A stretch of DNA of 64,000 bases from Mobula birostris. Lineage: Eukaryota. The DNA is taken from assembly GCF_030028105.1 (NCBI RefSeq), contig NC_092382.1, positions 85,770,198 through 85,834,197 of the forward strand, read 5' to 3'. Below are positions 46,980 to 60,262 of this stretch, one piece after another (the first letter of the stretch is position 1; each line of letters starts with the position of its first letter). The position numbers and the translations under genes are program-made. The notes beneath the pieces are model-generated. The model worked only from the letters and a program-made list of their open reading frames with translations. It did no database searches and had not been told where the DNA came from.

Positions 46980-49250
46980 CCTGTAATATCATGGGCTCAT
47001 AACTTGTTAACCAGCCTCATGTGTGGCACCTTGTCAAACACCCTCTGAAAGTGCAGGTGGACATCATCAACCGATTCTCCTTTGTCTATCTTGCTATTAC
47101 CACTTCAATAAATTCAAAGAATTTCAACACACTGTTCAGGCAAGATTTTCCCTTGAGGCAAACATGCTGAAGGCCGATTTTATTATGTGCCTCAAAGTGC
47201 CCTGAGAACACATCCCGAACAACCGACACTAATACCTACCCAACCAATGAGGTCAGACTAACTGTCCTAAAACTTCCGTTCTTCTATTTCTCTCCCTTCT
47301 TGAATAGCAGAGTGATATTTCCAAATTTGGAGTCTTCCGCAACCATATCAGACTTCATGGATTCTGAAACATCATTACTAATAGCTCCACAATCTCTTCG
47401 GCCGCCTCTTGCAAAAATCTGGGATGTACACCATCTGGTCCAGGTATCTATTTACCTTCAGACCTTTTCTGTTTCCCAGGAACCTTCTCTCGAGTAATGG
47501 CAACTTCACACACTTCTGACCATAGACATCTGGACTTCCACCTTTCCGTTGGTTGCTTCCACAATGAAGACTGATATGAAATACTTATTCAGTGCACCAG
47601 CCATCTCCTTGTCCCCTATTACTACTCACCCCACCCTCCCCAGGCATCGGTTCCCCTGGTTCGATATCCACTCTTGCCTCTCTTTTACACTTTATGTATC
47701 TGAAGAAACATTTGGTATCATCTTTGATGTAATTAGCTAGCTTCATGTTCCATCCTTCATTTCTTAATTACTTTTTTAGTTGTCTCTTGTTGGTATAGAA
47801 AAGTTTCCCAATCATCTAACTTCCCACCAGTTTTTGCTCTGTTATCTGCCCTCCCTTTAGCTTTTACGTTGGCTTTGCCTTCTCATCAGCCGTGGTTGTG
47901 TGATGATGTCTTTAGAATAGTTCTTCCTTTTTGGAACGTATATATCCTGTGTCTTCAGAATTGCTTCCCGTAATTACAGCCATTGATGCTTTGTCGTCAT
48001 CCCTGCCAGTGTTTTTCTCCCTATCAAATTTGGCCAGTTCCTCTCTCATGCCTCTGTAATTGTCCTTATTCCACAGTTGTACTGATACATCTCACTTTAG
48101 CTTCTCCCTCTCAAATTTCAGGATGAATTCAATTATATTATGATCGCTTTCCCCTCAGGGTTCTTTTACCTTAGGTGATCTCATTCCGTTCATTGCACAA
48201 CACCAAATCCAGAAATGCTGATTCCCAGCTGGGCACAACCAGGAGGTCGTTGCCCAGCTGTGTGCCTCAGTTATCTGTTCGAACCCTTACTCTTCGTGAT
48301 TTTTAGAAGTAACCTGGATGAGGAATTGAAGGGATGGGTTAGTAAGTTTGCTGATGACACAGAGGTTGGGGGTGTTGTGGAGAGTGTGGAGGCCTGTCAA
48401 AGGTTACAGTGGGACATTGATAGGATGCAAAACTGGGCTGAGAAGTGGCAGATGGAGTTCAACCCAGACAAGTGTGAAATGGTTCATTTTGGTAGGTCAA
48501 ATATGATGACAGAATGTAGTATCAATGGTAAGACTCTTGGCATTGTGGAGGATCAGAGGGATCTTGGGGTCCAAGTCAATAGGACGCTCAAAGCAGCTGC
48601 ACAGGTGGACTCTGTGGTTAAGAAGGCATACGGTGTATTGGCCTTCATCAATCGTGGAATTGAATTTCAGAGCCGAGAGGTAATGTTGCAGCTATATTGG
48701 ACCTTGGTCAAAACCCACTTGGAGTACTGTGCTCAGTTCTGGTCACCTCACTACAGGAAGGATGTGGAAACAAAAGAAAGGGTGCTGAGGAGATTTACAG
48801 GGATGTCGCCTGGATTGGGGAGCATGCCTTATGAAAACAGGTTGACTGAGCTCGGCCTTTTCTCCTCAGAGTGAAGGAAGATGAGAGGTGACCTGATAGA
48901 GGTGTAAAAGATGATGAGAGCCATTGATTGTGTGGATAGTCATGGGCTTTTCCCCAGGCCTGAAATGGCTGCCACAAGAGGGCACAGGGAGTAGGTACAA
49001 AGCTTGGGAGTCAGTACAGAGGAGACGTTGGGGGTAAGGTTTGTACGCAGAGAGTGGTGAGTGCATGAAATGGGCTGCCGGCAACAGTGGGGGAGGCTGA
49101 CACTATAGGGTATTTTAAGAGACTTTTGGATTGGTACATGGAGCTTAGAAACAGTTATGGGTAACCCTAGTAATTTCTAAGGTAGGGGTATGTTTGGCAC
49201 AACTTTGTAGGCTGAAGGGCCTGTATTGTGCTGTACGTTATTCTATGTAA
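46980..49250. mobile_element. CR1 fragments (mirror of 27535-29805)
   Basis: 48215-48874 RT peptide FADD...LEYCAQFWSP. Confidence 0.85.
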
Positions 49251-49697
49251 ACACTTCAGAAGCAGGGAAAATGACCCATAATGTGGAAATGAGCCATGAA
49301 TAAGGAGGTTAACTACCAATGTCATTCTTCCTCAGTCCAGAGATTAGAGGGGTGAAGAACATCTCAGACAGAACTGCAGTCAACTTGACTTCTTCAGTCT
49401 GCAGAAAATTCAAGGGGAACCTCTTCACCCACAGAGTGGAGACTTTTGGAACCCATCACCACAGGGAGAGCGAGAGGGGAACAACAGGGGAGGATTGAAA
49501 AGGACTGTCATGGAACAGAATCACTGGCAGGGTCCAGCCGGCCTGAGTTGACTCTTTACTGTACACAGGGTGTGTTATAAATTCACTAAGTACCAGAGAC
49601 AGAGTTTACAATAGAACTGATTTATTTGTCTCAGATCCAGAATATTAAACTCCAGTGTGTAGCAGAAGAAACTCCTCCCATGCCCAGTGACCAGGGT

Positions 49698-50042
49698 TTC
49701 AGGTTTCAGGTTTATTATCACCGGCATTTTAAGTGAAATTTGTTGATTTAGCAGCAGCAGTTCAATGCAATACATATTTTGGCATAGATAATAATATAAT
49801 ACATAAATTAAAACATAGTAAATAAACAAGTAAATCAATTATGCATAATGAATACATTATTAAAATGTGTAAAAACACAAATGCTGCATATTAAAAAAGT
49901 GTCCAAAGCTTTCAAAGTCCATTCAGGAATCGGATGGCAGAAGGGAAGAAGCTGTTCCTGAATCGCTGAGTGTGTGCCTTCAGGCTTCTGTATCTCCCAC
50001 CTGATGGCAACAGTGAGAAAAGGGCATGTCCTGGTTGCTGAT
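49698..50042 (-). mobile_element. Rex1-like LINE 3' end inserted in the ZNF-C 3' UTR
   Basis: PGHALFSLLPSGGRYRSL...SFFPSAIRFLN, with AATAAA and a (CCTGAAA)n tail. The empty site is seen in ZNF-B at about 27070. Confidence 0.85.
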
Positions 50043-50264
50043 GGTGCAGAACTGGGTGTGGTGACCAGCAGCAATAATTGCAGAGTTCAGCACCAACAGT
50101 CACTCTCGAAATTGCATTCAGCAACGGTGATGGACAAATATACGGTATGCAGCTTATTGAAACTTCCTCCCCAGTGTGAACCCTGTAGTGTGTCACAAGT
50201 TTAGTTTACTGAGCAAATCCCTTCCAACATTCACAGCAGTGTATGGCCTTTCCCCAGTGAGAAC

Positions 50265-51119
50265 TCAATGATGCACATTTGGTGGAGATGGCTGAGAGAA
50301 TCTCTTCCCAATATCTGAGCAGGTGAACGTCCTCGACCCGGTGTGAACTCGCTGGTGTCTCTGTAGGCTGGATGACCGAGAGAATCTCTTCCCACAGACT
50401 GAGCAGGTGAACGGCTTCTCCCCAGTGTGAACTCGCTGGTGTCTCTGTAGGTGGGATGATTGAGTGAATCCCTCCCCACAGTCTGAGCATGTGAACGGCC
50501 TCTCCCCAGTGTGAACTCGCTGATGTACCTTCAGTTGAGATGACTGAGTGAATCCCTTCCCACAGTGTGAGCAGGTGAACAGCCTCTCTCCGGTGTGAAC
50601 TCTCTGATGTACCTTCAGTTCATATGAGCAAGTGAATCCCTTCCCACAGTCTGAGCAGGTGAACAGCTTCTCCCCAGTGTGAACTCGCTGATGACTCTGT
50701 AGGTGTGATGACCGAGTGAATCTCTTCCCACAGTCTGAGCAGGTGAACGGCTTCTCCCCAGTGTGAACTCGCTGATGACTCTGTAGCTGGGATGATCGAG
50801 TGAATCCCTTCCCACAGTTTGAGCAGGTGAACGGCCTCTCTCCAGTGTGAACTCGCTGATGTACCTTCAGATTAGATGAGCAAAAGAATCCCTTCCCACA
50901 TTCTAAGCAGGTGAACGGCCACTCCCCTGTGTGAACTGACTTGTGTACCAGTAGTTTGGATGACCGAGTGAATCCCTTCCCACAGTCTGAGCAGGTGAAC
51001 GGCCTCTCTCCGGTGTGAACTCTCTGATGTCCCTTCAGTTTAGATGAGTACCTGAATCCCTTCCCGCAGTCTGGGCAGGTGAACGGCCGCTCCTCGGTGT
51101 GAACTGACTGGTGAGCCAT
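50265..51119 (-). CDS. C2H2 zinc-finger protein ZNF-C (9 intact fingers plus 1 degenerate, no effector domain)
   Basis: 284-aa ORF of canonical fingers. Confidence 0.9.
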   Translation of the reverse strand: MAHQSVHTEERPFTCPDCGKGFRYSSKLKGHQRVHTGERPFTCSDCGKGFTRSSKLLVHKSVHTGEWPFTCLECGKGFFCSSNLKVHQRVHTGERPFTCSNCGKGFTRSSQLQSHQRVHTGEKPFTCSDCGKRFTRSSHLQSHQRVHTGEKLFTCSDCGKGFTCSYELKVHQRVHTGERLFTCSHCGKGFTQSSQLKVHQRVHTGERPFTCSDCGEGFTQSSHLQRHQRVHTGEKPFTCSVCGKRFSRSSSLQRHQRVHTGSRTFTCSDIGKRFSQPSPPNVHH

Positions 51120-51527
51120 CAGGTCAGATGACCGAGTGAATCCTTCCCCACAAATTCAGCAGATGACCAGCCTCTGCCCAGTGTGAACTGACTGGTGTGT
51201 CCACAGGTGGGAAGACCGACTGAATCCCTTCTCACACACAGAACAGGTGAATGGCCTTGTCCCAGTGTGAACTTGCTGATATTCCGTCAGTTGAGATGAG
51301 GGACTGAATCCATGCCCAGTGTCTGAGCAGATGAATGGGATCTCTCCTGTGTGAGGTGACAGGCGTGCCAGTCAGTCAGATGAGCGAGTGAATCCCTCCC
51401 CACAGTCTGAGTAGGAAGGATGATCGAGTGAATCTCTTACTCCAGTTCTTAAATATCTGGACAGAGACAGAAAAACTGGCGTGTTGTGTTCGAGATTCCT
51501 GTAGATAGATTCCTTGTCGTTTTTAAC
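51120..51527 (-). other. 5' part of the ZNF-C terminal exon with fossil fingers
   Basis: Acceptor at 51528-51529. In-frame decayed fingers with two TGA stops (one at 51156-51158). Confidence 0.65.
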
Positions 51528-51689
51528 CTGTAAAAACATTTACAAAATCCATCAGTGGGTGAAGGACAACTTTCACACCAGATCACTTTAGTCACCAAGG
51601 TGTGATCTGACATCACACTGTCACAGTGAGGGTCAACGCAAGTTGGAGAAATCATCTTCTAACTTCTGTCCCTATCTAACTGTGATACT

Positions 51690-52905
51690 ACGTTCAGTGA
51701 AATATAGACCTGTATTCCCAGATCCCCTTTCTTCTGCAACACTCCTCAGTGCCCTACCAGTCACTGAGTACAGCCTATGTCCTATCAAAAAGCAACGCCC
51801 CACACTTGCCTGCATTAAATTCCATTTTTTGGTTTCACAACCCATTTTTGCAGCAGGTCTAGATTGCACTACAAGCCATGATAGTCTTCCTCGCTGTCCA
51901 CTACACCACCAATCTTGGTGCCATCCACAAATTTGCTGATCCAGTGAACCACACTGTCATCCAGATTACTGATATAGATGACAAACAACAACAGACCCAA
52001 CACTGATCCCTGTGGCACACTACTAGTCACAGGCTTCCAGTCAGAGAGGCAACCATCTGCTACCACAGTCTGGCTTCTCCCAAAGACAGTGTCTCATCCA
52101 ATTTACTATCTCATCTTGAATGCTGAGTGACTGAACCTTCTTGACCAACCTTCCATATGAGACTCTGTCAAGTGCCTTGCTAAAGTCCATGTAGACAACA
52201 TCCACTGCCTTGCCTTCATCCACTTTCCTGATAACTTCCTTGAGAGACTCTATAAGATTGGTTAGCCATGACCTACCATGCACAAAGCCATGCTGTCTAT
52301 CCTTAATCAGTCCACATCTATCCAAATACTTATATATCTGGTTCCTGCACATACATTCCAATAACTTTCCCAGTACTGATGTCAAGCGCACCAACATACA
52401 ATTTCTTAGTTTACTTTCAGAGCCTGCCTTGAACAGCGGAACAACATTGGCTGTCCTCCAATCCTCCAGTATGTCACCTGTCACTGAGGATGATTTATAT
52501 ATCTGTGCTTGGGCCCCGACAATTTCTTCACTTGTCTTCCACAGGGTCCCAGGGAACAACTTGTCAGGCCCTGGGGATTTATCCATGGTAATTTGCCTTA
52601 AGACAGGAAACACCTCCACCTCTGTAATCTGTACAGGGTCCATGAAGTTGATGCTGCTTTGCCTCACTTCTATAGACTGTGTCCATCTCCGGTGTAAATA
52701 CGGATGCAAAAAAAATCTCCCCCATCTATTTTGTCTCCTCATATGGATTACCATTCTGATCTTCCAGAGGATTATTTTTTTCCCTTGCAACGTTTTTGCT
52801 CTTAACATGTCTGCAGAATCCCTGAGGAGTCTCCTTCACCTTGTCTGCTGGGGCAACCTCATGCCATCTTTTATTTCTTTCATAAGGGTTCACTTGAATT
52901 TCCTG
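51690..52905 (-). mobile_element. CR1 ORF2 (RT) fragment
   Basis: KSPGPDK, QHGFVHGRS, DVVYMDFSKALDRV, VPQGSVLG. Confidence 0.88.
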
Positions 52906-52914
52906 TACTTCATA

Positions 52915-53093
52915 GGAAGGAAGGAAGGAACGTCGACTCAGACCATGAGAGGCTTGCATCAGGCATTTTCATGCCTTACAAGGTGCAGGTTGGAAGTCTG
53001 TGTGGGGCGCCACTCCTCGCACAGACACTGGAGCAATGTGTGGTTAAGTGCCTTGCTCAAGGACACAAACACGCTGCCACAGCTGAGGCTCAA
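52915..53093 (-). mobile_element. SINE fragment (CORE/Meta-like central block, (TTCC)n tail)
   Basis: Minus-strand GTGTCCTTGAGCAAGGCACTTAACC block. TSD-like acttcata at 52907 and 53094. Confidence 0.6.
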
Positions 53094-53169
53094 ACTTCAT
53101 AAGTATCCCATTTATTCCTATTTTCCTGTACCTGGTATGCACCTCCTTTTTATTGATCGGGGAGATGAA

Positions 53170-55495
53170 AGCCAAAGGGGTGATAGAGCTGCATGGTGGG
53201 AGGTGGGGGAAGGGGGTTAAACTAAAGTTGCAGGGGGAATGGGAACCTGAATAACAGAACAGATAGTGGAGGGGTTGTGGAGACAGCTGTTGTTCTGTCC
53301 TCAGACAAAGTCAGGAATGAAAACGTTGAGCATGGTGCAGTGAATATGCTCAATCCTGTATATTTCAATACAAGGAGCAGTGTAGGAAAGGCGGATGTGT
53401 TCAGGGCATGGATCAACACCTGGAGTTATGACACTAGGATCTGGCAACTGTGGTCTGGGACAGGCTGCTTTGTGGCAAAGGTGTGCTTGGTAAGTGAGAA
53501 GCCTTCAAAGTGAAATTTTGAAAGTACAAAGGGGGTATGTGCTTGTCAGAATAAAAGGTAAAGATCGAAACTGTAGGGAATCTTGGTTTTCAAGAGATAT
53601 TAAGACCCTGGTGAAGCACAAAACAGAGTTGCATAACAGGGATAGGCAGGTAGGTTCTTATGGAGTATAAGAAAAGCAAGAGAACACATAAGAAATAAAT
53701 CAAAATGTCTAAAAGAAGGCATGAGTTTGCCCTCACAAAAAAGATGTAGGATAATCCTAAGGGGTTCTAGAGATACATTAAGATCAAAAGTATTGCAAGG
53801 GACAAAGTTGGTCCTCTGGAAGACCAGAATGGCAATCCGTGTTTGGAACCAAAGTAGATGCGGAAGATCATCTCTATTTACTCAGGAGATGGGCACAGCA
53901 TGTATCGAAGTGTGGGAAAGCGGCATTAACATCGTGGACCCTGTACAGATTAAAGAAGAGGGGATGTTCGCTATCCTGAGGCAGATTAGGGTGGATAAAT
54001 CTCCAGGGCATGACAAGGCGCTCCCTTGGACCCTACGGGAGGTAAGTACAGAAATTGTCGGGGCCCCGAGCAGAGATAATTAAATCATCCTTGGTGACAG
54101 GTGGAGGAACCAGAGGACTGGAGGACAGCCAATGTTGTTTCGCTGTTTAACGTAGAACATAGAAATCTACAACATATTACAGAGTCTTCAGGCCACAAAG
54201 TTGTGCCGACCATGTAACCTACTCTAGAAACTGCCTAGAATTTCCCTAACGCAAAGCCCTCTGTTTTCCTAAGCTCCATGTACCTATCGAAGAGTCTCTT
54301 AAAAGACCCTATTGTATCCGTCTCTACCACCATTGCTGGCAGTGCATTCCACTTACCCACTACTCTCTGTGTGAAAAACTTACCTCTGACATCCCCTTGG
54401 TACACATTTTCAAGCACCTTAAAACTGTGCCCCCTCGCGTTAGCCATTTCAGCCCTGGGAAAAAAGTCTCTGGCTATCCACATGATCAATGCCCCTCATC
54501 ATCTTATACACGTAAAAAAGGCTCTGAACATAAACAAGGAAATTATACATTGCTTTGAGTGTTTGTTCAAAGTATACAGAATTGCGAGGGTAAATGCAAG
54601 CAGGCTTTTTCCACTGCGGTTGGGTGGGACTATAACCAGTGGTCATGGGTAAGTGGTGAAGGTGAAAATTTAAGGGGAATATGTGGGAAAACTCTTCACT
54701 GAAATGGTTGTGACAGTGTGGAATGAGATGCCAGCACAAGTGGTTCATGCCAGATCAATTTCATCATTTAAGAAAAGCTGGGATAAGTACCTTGATGGTA
54801 GGGGTATGGAGGGTGATGGTTCCGGTGCAGGTGGTTGCATTAGACAGCTTAAATGTTTTCATCATTGTCTAGAGGGGACAAATGGCCTGTTTCTGCACAG
54901 AATTTCTCCATGTTTCTATGACAGAGAAGCTGGCCAAACTTGACTGGAAGGGGAAATTGGTAGGAATAATGATGGAGCAGCAATAGCTGGAGTTTCTGGG
55001 AGCAACTCGGGAGCTGAGTGATAGATACATCCCAAAGAAGTGGAAGCATTGGAAAGGCAGGAGGACACAACCGTGGCTGAAATGAGAAGACAAAGCCAAC
55101 GTCAACATAAAAGCCAAAGAGAGGGCAAATATTACAACAAAAACTACTGGAAAGTTTTTAAAACCAACAGAAGACAACTGAAAAAAAAATCAGATATGCT
55201 CGGGGCATTGATTTATGATTTGCAGTCATTAATGAGTCTTGGTAGCACCCAACAGTCCGAGGCATTTAGAGGAACAAGATCTCCGGGGCCTCAATATCTC
55301 TTGAAAACCAAGGATCCCTGCACCAGTTACCTTTCAACTTTTAATTTGGCACGCTCATATAAACTCTACACATTCAATATTCGACTTCTGAAGGCCTCCC
55401 ACTTACCAAGTACACCTTTGACAGAAAACAGCCTGTCCCAAACCACACTTGTCAGATCCTTTCTGATAACATCAAAATTGACCTTTGTGCAATTT
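53170..55495. mobile_element. Nested degraded CR1 fragments
   Basis: CR1 ORF1/ORF2 junction, linker and 3'-end peptides in both orientations. Confidence 0.7.
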
Positions 55496-56207
55496 AGACC
55501 ATAAGACAAAGGAGCAGAAGTCGGCCATTCGGCCCATCGAGTCTGCTCCGCCATTTTATCATGAGTTGATCCATTCTCCTATTTAGTCCCACTCCCCTGC
55601 CTTCTCACCATAACCTTTGATGCCCTGGCTACTCAGATACCTATCAATCTCTGCCTTAAATACACCCAATGACTTGGCCTCCCCTGCTGCCCGTGGCAAC
55701 AAATTCCATAGATTCACCACCCTCTGACTAAAAAAATTTCTTCGCATTTCTGTTCTGAAAGGGCACCCTTCAATCCTTAAGTCATGCCCTCTCATACTAG
55801 ACTCCCCCATCATGGGAAACAACTTTGCCACATCCACTCTGTCCATGCCTTTTAACATTTGAAATATTTCTATGAGGCCTCCCCTCATTCTTCTAAACTC
55901 CAAGGAATACAGTCCAAGAGCGGACAAACGTTCCTCATATGTTAACCCTCTCATTCCCGGAATCATTCTAGTGAATCTTCTCTGTACTCTCTCCAATGTC
56001 AGCACATCCTTTCTTAAATAAGGAGACCCAAACTGCCCACAATACTCCAAGTGAGGTCTCACCAGCGCCTTATAGAGCCTCAACATCACATCCCTGCTCC
56101 TATACTCTATTCCTCTAGAAATGAATGCCAACATTGCATTCGCCTTCTTCACTACTGACTCAACCTGCAGGTTAACTTTAAGGGAATCCTGTACGAGGAC
56201 TCCCAAG
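55496..56207 (-). mobile_element. CR1 3' fragment of another subfamily, private to this copy
   Basis: Intact 207-aa RT C-terminus (55583-56206). Empty site at about 1935 and about 24045. Confidence 0.88.
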
Positions 56208-56704
56208 AATCTCAGCCTGTGGTCCAGACCTCTCTTTTTCCATATTGACTTGGAATCTCATGGCATTATGATCACCAGATACAAAGTGTTCCCATACACT
56301 AATTTTTGTCACTAGCCCTGGATCATTTCCTAATAGCTTTTTGCACACATCTACATTGGGAATTCTACATGTTGATTAAGGACACATTTGACAAACTCTA
56401 CCCCAGATAGTCCTTTTCCAGTATGGTCGACCCAGTCAATATTTGGAAAGTTAAAATCACTTACTATATCAACATATGTTTCTTGGCATAGTCTGCAATC
56501 TCTCTACAAATTTGTTCCTCTAAATCCCTCAGACTGTTAGATGCAACCAAGTCCCAGTAAGGGCTACAATATCATGATTCCATGTCCTGAGCTCATCTGC
56601 CTTTCCTACGATGCTTCTTGCATTCTGAAAAACACAGCTCTGCACATTCATCACACCATGCTCAACCTTTTGATTGCTGACTTTGTCTGAACAACATCTG
56701 TCTG

Positions 56705-57415
56705 GGTGTCAAGAAAGCAACCTCTCCCTCAATGTCACAAAAAAATAAGGAACTGGTTGTGGACTACAGAAGGAATGGAGACATCAATGGATCTGGAGTT
56801 GAGAGAGGAAACAGCTTTAAGTTCCTCGGCATGAACATCACCAAGGATCTCATCTGGTCTGTGCACACCGGCTGTGTGGTATGTGGCTGTGTACCTCTTC
56901 CACCTCAGAAGCTTGAAGAAGTTTGGGATGGGGTCCCAAATCCTAAGAATTTTCCACAGGGACACAATTGAGAGCATCCTGACTGGTTGCATCACTGCCT
57001 GGTATGGGATCTGTACTTCCCTCAATCGCAGGACTCTGAAGAGAGTGGTGCAGGCAGCCCAGCGCATCTGTAGATGCGAACTTTCCACTCTTTAGGACAT
57101 TTACAAAGACAGGTGCATATAAAGGCCCGAAAGATCATTGGGGATCCGAGTCACCCCAACCACAAACTGTTCCAGCTGCTACCCTCAGGAAATGGTACTG
57201 CAGCATGAAAGCCAGGCCCAACAGGCTCCTGGACAGCTACTTCCACCAGGCCATCAGACTGATTAATTCCTACTGATGCAATTGTATTTCTATGTTATAA
57301 TGACTGTACTATTTATAATAGATTACTAGAAATTACACATTGCACATTTAGATGGAGAATTAATGTAAAGATTTTTACTCCTCGTGTATATTAAGGATAT
57401 TAGTCATTTCAATTC
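56705..57415 (+). mobile_element. Rex1-like LINE fragment (paralogue of 2330-3043)
   Basis: TIESILTGCITAWYG and the same tail. Confidence 0.8.
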
Positions 57416-58513
57416 ACCCTCTCCACCCATCTGTTCTGCCATTCTGGCTCCAATCCCGCCTGCAACTTTAATTTAACCACCACCCCCTGCCACACACTAG
57501 CACTAGCTAGCAAGCCTCACCACTAGTATATTAGATCTCTGCTAGTTTTAATTCCCTAACTAACAAATCCTCTATCAGCCCTTTGAAATTCCTCTGCTGG
57601 GTAATCCCCCCTAACAGTTCCGAAAGTGGTCCACCTGTTGTTGTGTGGGATAGCAACAAGAGTACTCAGTGATGGCTATTTAACCTCATTCCCCTTCCTG
57701 ACTCTCTCTCACCCAGTTTCCTGTGTCCTGCACCTTTGGTGTAACTCAGTTCTCTTCATGTCATATCCATCACCCCCTCCAACTCCCAAATGATCTGGAA
57801 TTCATCCATTTCCAGCTCCAACTCCCTAACGTGCAGGATTACAAGCTGCAGCTGGATGCACACCTAGCAGGTGAGGGTGTCATGGACACTTGAAGTCTCC
57901 CCACCTTCCCACCAATGTCCCATCTAATTTGTAATGAGCCGTGTGCCAAAAAATCTTGTGCTGTGCAATTTTTACCCAGTGACAACAATATGTGCACACT
58001 GAACTTTAAATAGAGGTACTCATTTTAACAGCTAGTAAATCACTGTCAATAAGAACTTTGATATCCTCTGGGTTTGATCAAGTTCATCTGCATTCTCACA
58101 CAACCTACCTGTAGAGGGTTAGGAAGAATTTTCTCACTCCAGCTTTTGCACACCATCCATATCTGATTTGCTTGCTAAATGACACTTTTAAAAGTCAGAT
58201 TTCCAAATATCACTCCACTTCCTCCCACTTGCAAACTCTCCAGCAACTTTTGCATCGCCACAATAAACACAGTTTCTGTATCGTACATAAATATTTCCCC
58301 TGAACCCTCCCCCCAGGTGACTGACGGTGCTGAGCTTATTGATGGCAATGCCAATGAATATGAAGGGAAAGGCAGTAGTCTGTCCGGCACATTTGTGATG
58401 TGAAAGCTACTTGTTGCCCAGGACAAAAGTGTTTGTCATAATTATGTACCCAGAGAGAGTGGGTCAAAACGTGTTCTCACGAGTAGAAAAGTCCAGAACA
58501 AGAGCAGGTAGAA

Positions 58514-58650
58514 GAAGCAACACACACAAAATGCTGGAGGAACTCAGCAGGCCAGGCAGCATCTAAGGAAGAGTACTAATGCTGAATTCCTCCAGCAATT
58601 CGTGTGTGTTGCTTGGATTCCCAGCATCTTCAGATTTTCTCTCGTTTGTG
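58514..58650 (+). mobile_element. Penelope-derived fold-back element (paralogue of 4463-4601)
   Basis: Same arms and flanks. Confidence 0.65.
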
Positions 58651-58779
58651 ATAGCAGGTAGACAAAGGTGATTTAAAAGATTTGATCCCTTTCTCCGAGT
58701 TCCCAATCTTTGCATTTAGACAGCTGGAGCTCAGCTCTGTCTGAGAGATTCATCGGTTCCCATTCCCTCATCACTGGGA

Positions 58780-59110
58780 AGCTCCCCGGGGCCCGTGTAC
58801 AGATCGTGGGGCTGAGAGAGAGGGAAGAGAGCAGGACTGTCCCGGGATTACGGGTCACGGTGTCCGGAGCTCACAGTACTTATCCCGAATTCGGTGTTGA
58901 AAACCCCACCAGCAAACTATCTCTTACCTGGAGCCGATTTTCCGAGGCCTTTACTGTACTGCGCGCATGCGCGATATTCGGGAACAAACATCAACCCTGA
59001 CGCCTGCGCATTTGATCGGTGCTTCGGCGAAGGCGAAAATTGTTATGCCGAGCTTTCTAGGTAATCACGGTGCCATTAAAAGTTCCGGCAAGCTTCGGTT
59101 CCATGTCCAG
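58780..59110 (-). promoter_or_regulatory. CpG-rich promoter and first exon of ZNF-C
   Basis: NRF1 core GCGCATGCGC at 58963-58972. Donor CCAG|GTAAGAG at 58927. Paralogous to 4740-5070. Confidence 0.6.
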
Positions 59111-59287
59111 ACGCATTGCAACAATCCAGCTGTCTGAAGGTCCTTTGAAATTAGTGAAAATGACACAGAACGTTGGAAAGAGCGGGGAAGGAGTTTAACC
59201 AACTTCGTCCGGAGCCTTGAAGAACGTCAAAACCACAGCGAGCTCATCGTCTTATTCAGCCTGGAGACAATCATGCAGGAGATTCAT

Positions 59288-59630
59288 GCAGGTGTATAGG
59301 ATGATGAGAGGCATTGGTTGTGTGGATAGCCACAGGCTTTTTCCCAGGGCTGAAACGGCTAACACGAGGGGGCATATGTTTAAGCTGCTTGAAAGTAGGC
59401 ACAGAGGAGATGTCAGAGCTACATTTTTTTTTAAACAAGGAGTAGTGTGTGTGTGGAATGCACTGCCAGCGGCGGTGGTAATAGGGTCTTTTAAGAGACT
59501 AGGTACATGGAGCTCGGGAAAATAGAGGGCTATGCAGTAGGGTAATTCTAGGCAGTTTCTAGAGTAAGTTACATGGTCGTCACAACGCTGTGGGTCAAAG
59601 TGTCTGTAATGTGCTGTAGATTTCTATGAT
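59288..59630 (+). mobile_element. CR1 3' end
   Basis: VYRMMRGI...VCVWNALP, and tail. Confidence 0.82.
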
Positions 59631-60262
59631 TCTCTGAAATTCAAGGGAAATCTCTTCTCCCACGGAGTGGTGACTGGTTGCAACCTGTCATCGCAGGGAG
59701 AGTGAGAGGGGAACGGCAGGGATAGACTGATATGGAACAGAAACATAGGCAGGGATCAGATAGTCTGAGTGGCCTCCCTAGTTTACATTGTGAGTGTGGC
59801 AGAGACAGCAAGTATCTGAGACACGGGATTTGATACAGAACTGATTTATCTTTCACAGATCCAGAATATTAAACATCAGTCTAGTTTAAGGCTAACATCA
59901 GCAGAACAGACTCCTCCAATGTTCTGTGACCAGGGTTCAGTCCTGGGTGCGATGAGCAGCCGCAAGAACAGCAGAATCTGACAGTAACAGTCCCTCATGA
60001 ACCTGCAGCTGCCTTCAGTCACCGTGATGGTCAAACATTTAACACGGAGCTGATTTGAACTTCTTCTCTGATGTGAAGTTGCTGGTGTTGCAGCAGCTGG
60101 GATGATTCAGTAAAACTCTTCGCTCACACCGGACAGAAATTTGGCCTCTGCTTATATTGAACTCACTGGAGCATCACAAGGTGAGTTAACTGAATGAGTC
60201 TCTTCGTTCACACGGAGCTGGTGAACGGCCGCTTCCCAGTGCGAAGCTGTTGGTGTATCTGC

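Larger units (their letters stand above)
40443..58310 (-). repeat. Right arm of the large inverted segmental duplication
   Basis: Mirror of 20694-36364, with private insertions. Confidence 0.92.

Noticed and set aside
52210-53220. 336-aa plus-strand ORF
   Set aside because: Antisense of CR1 RT running into a SINE, with no domain signature.
20694-58310. Inverted repeat as a haplotig or assembly artefact
   Set aside because: The arms have different finger arrays, private TE insertions and strongly diverged tracts, which is unlike allelic copies.
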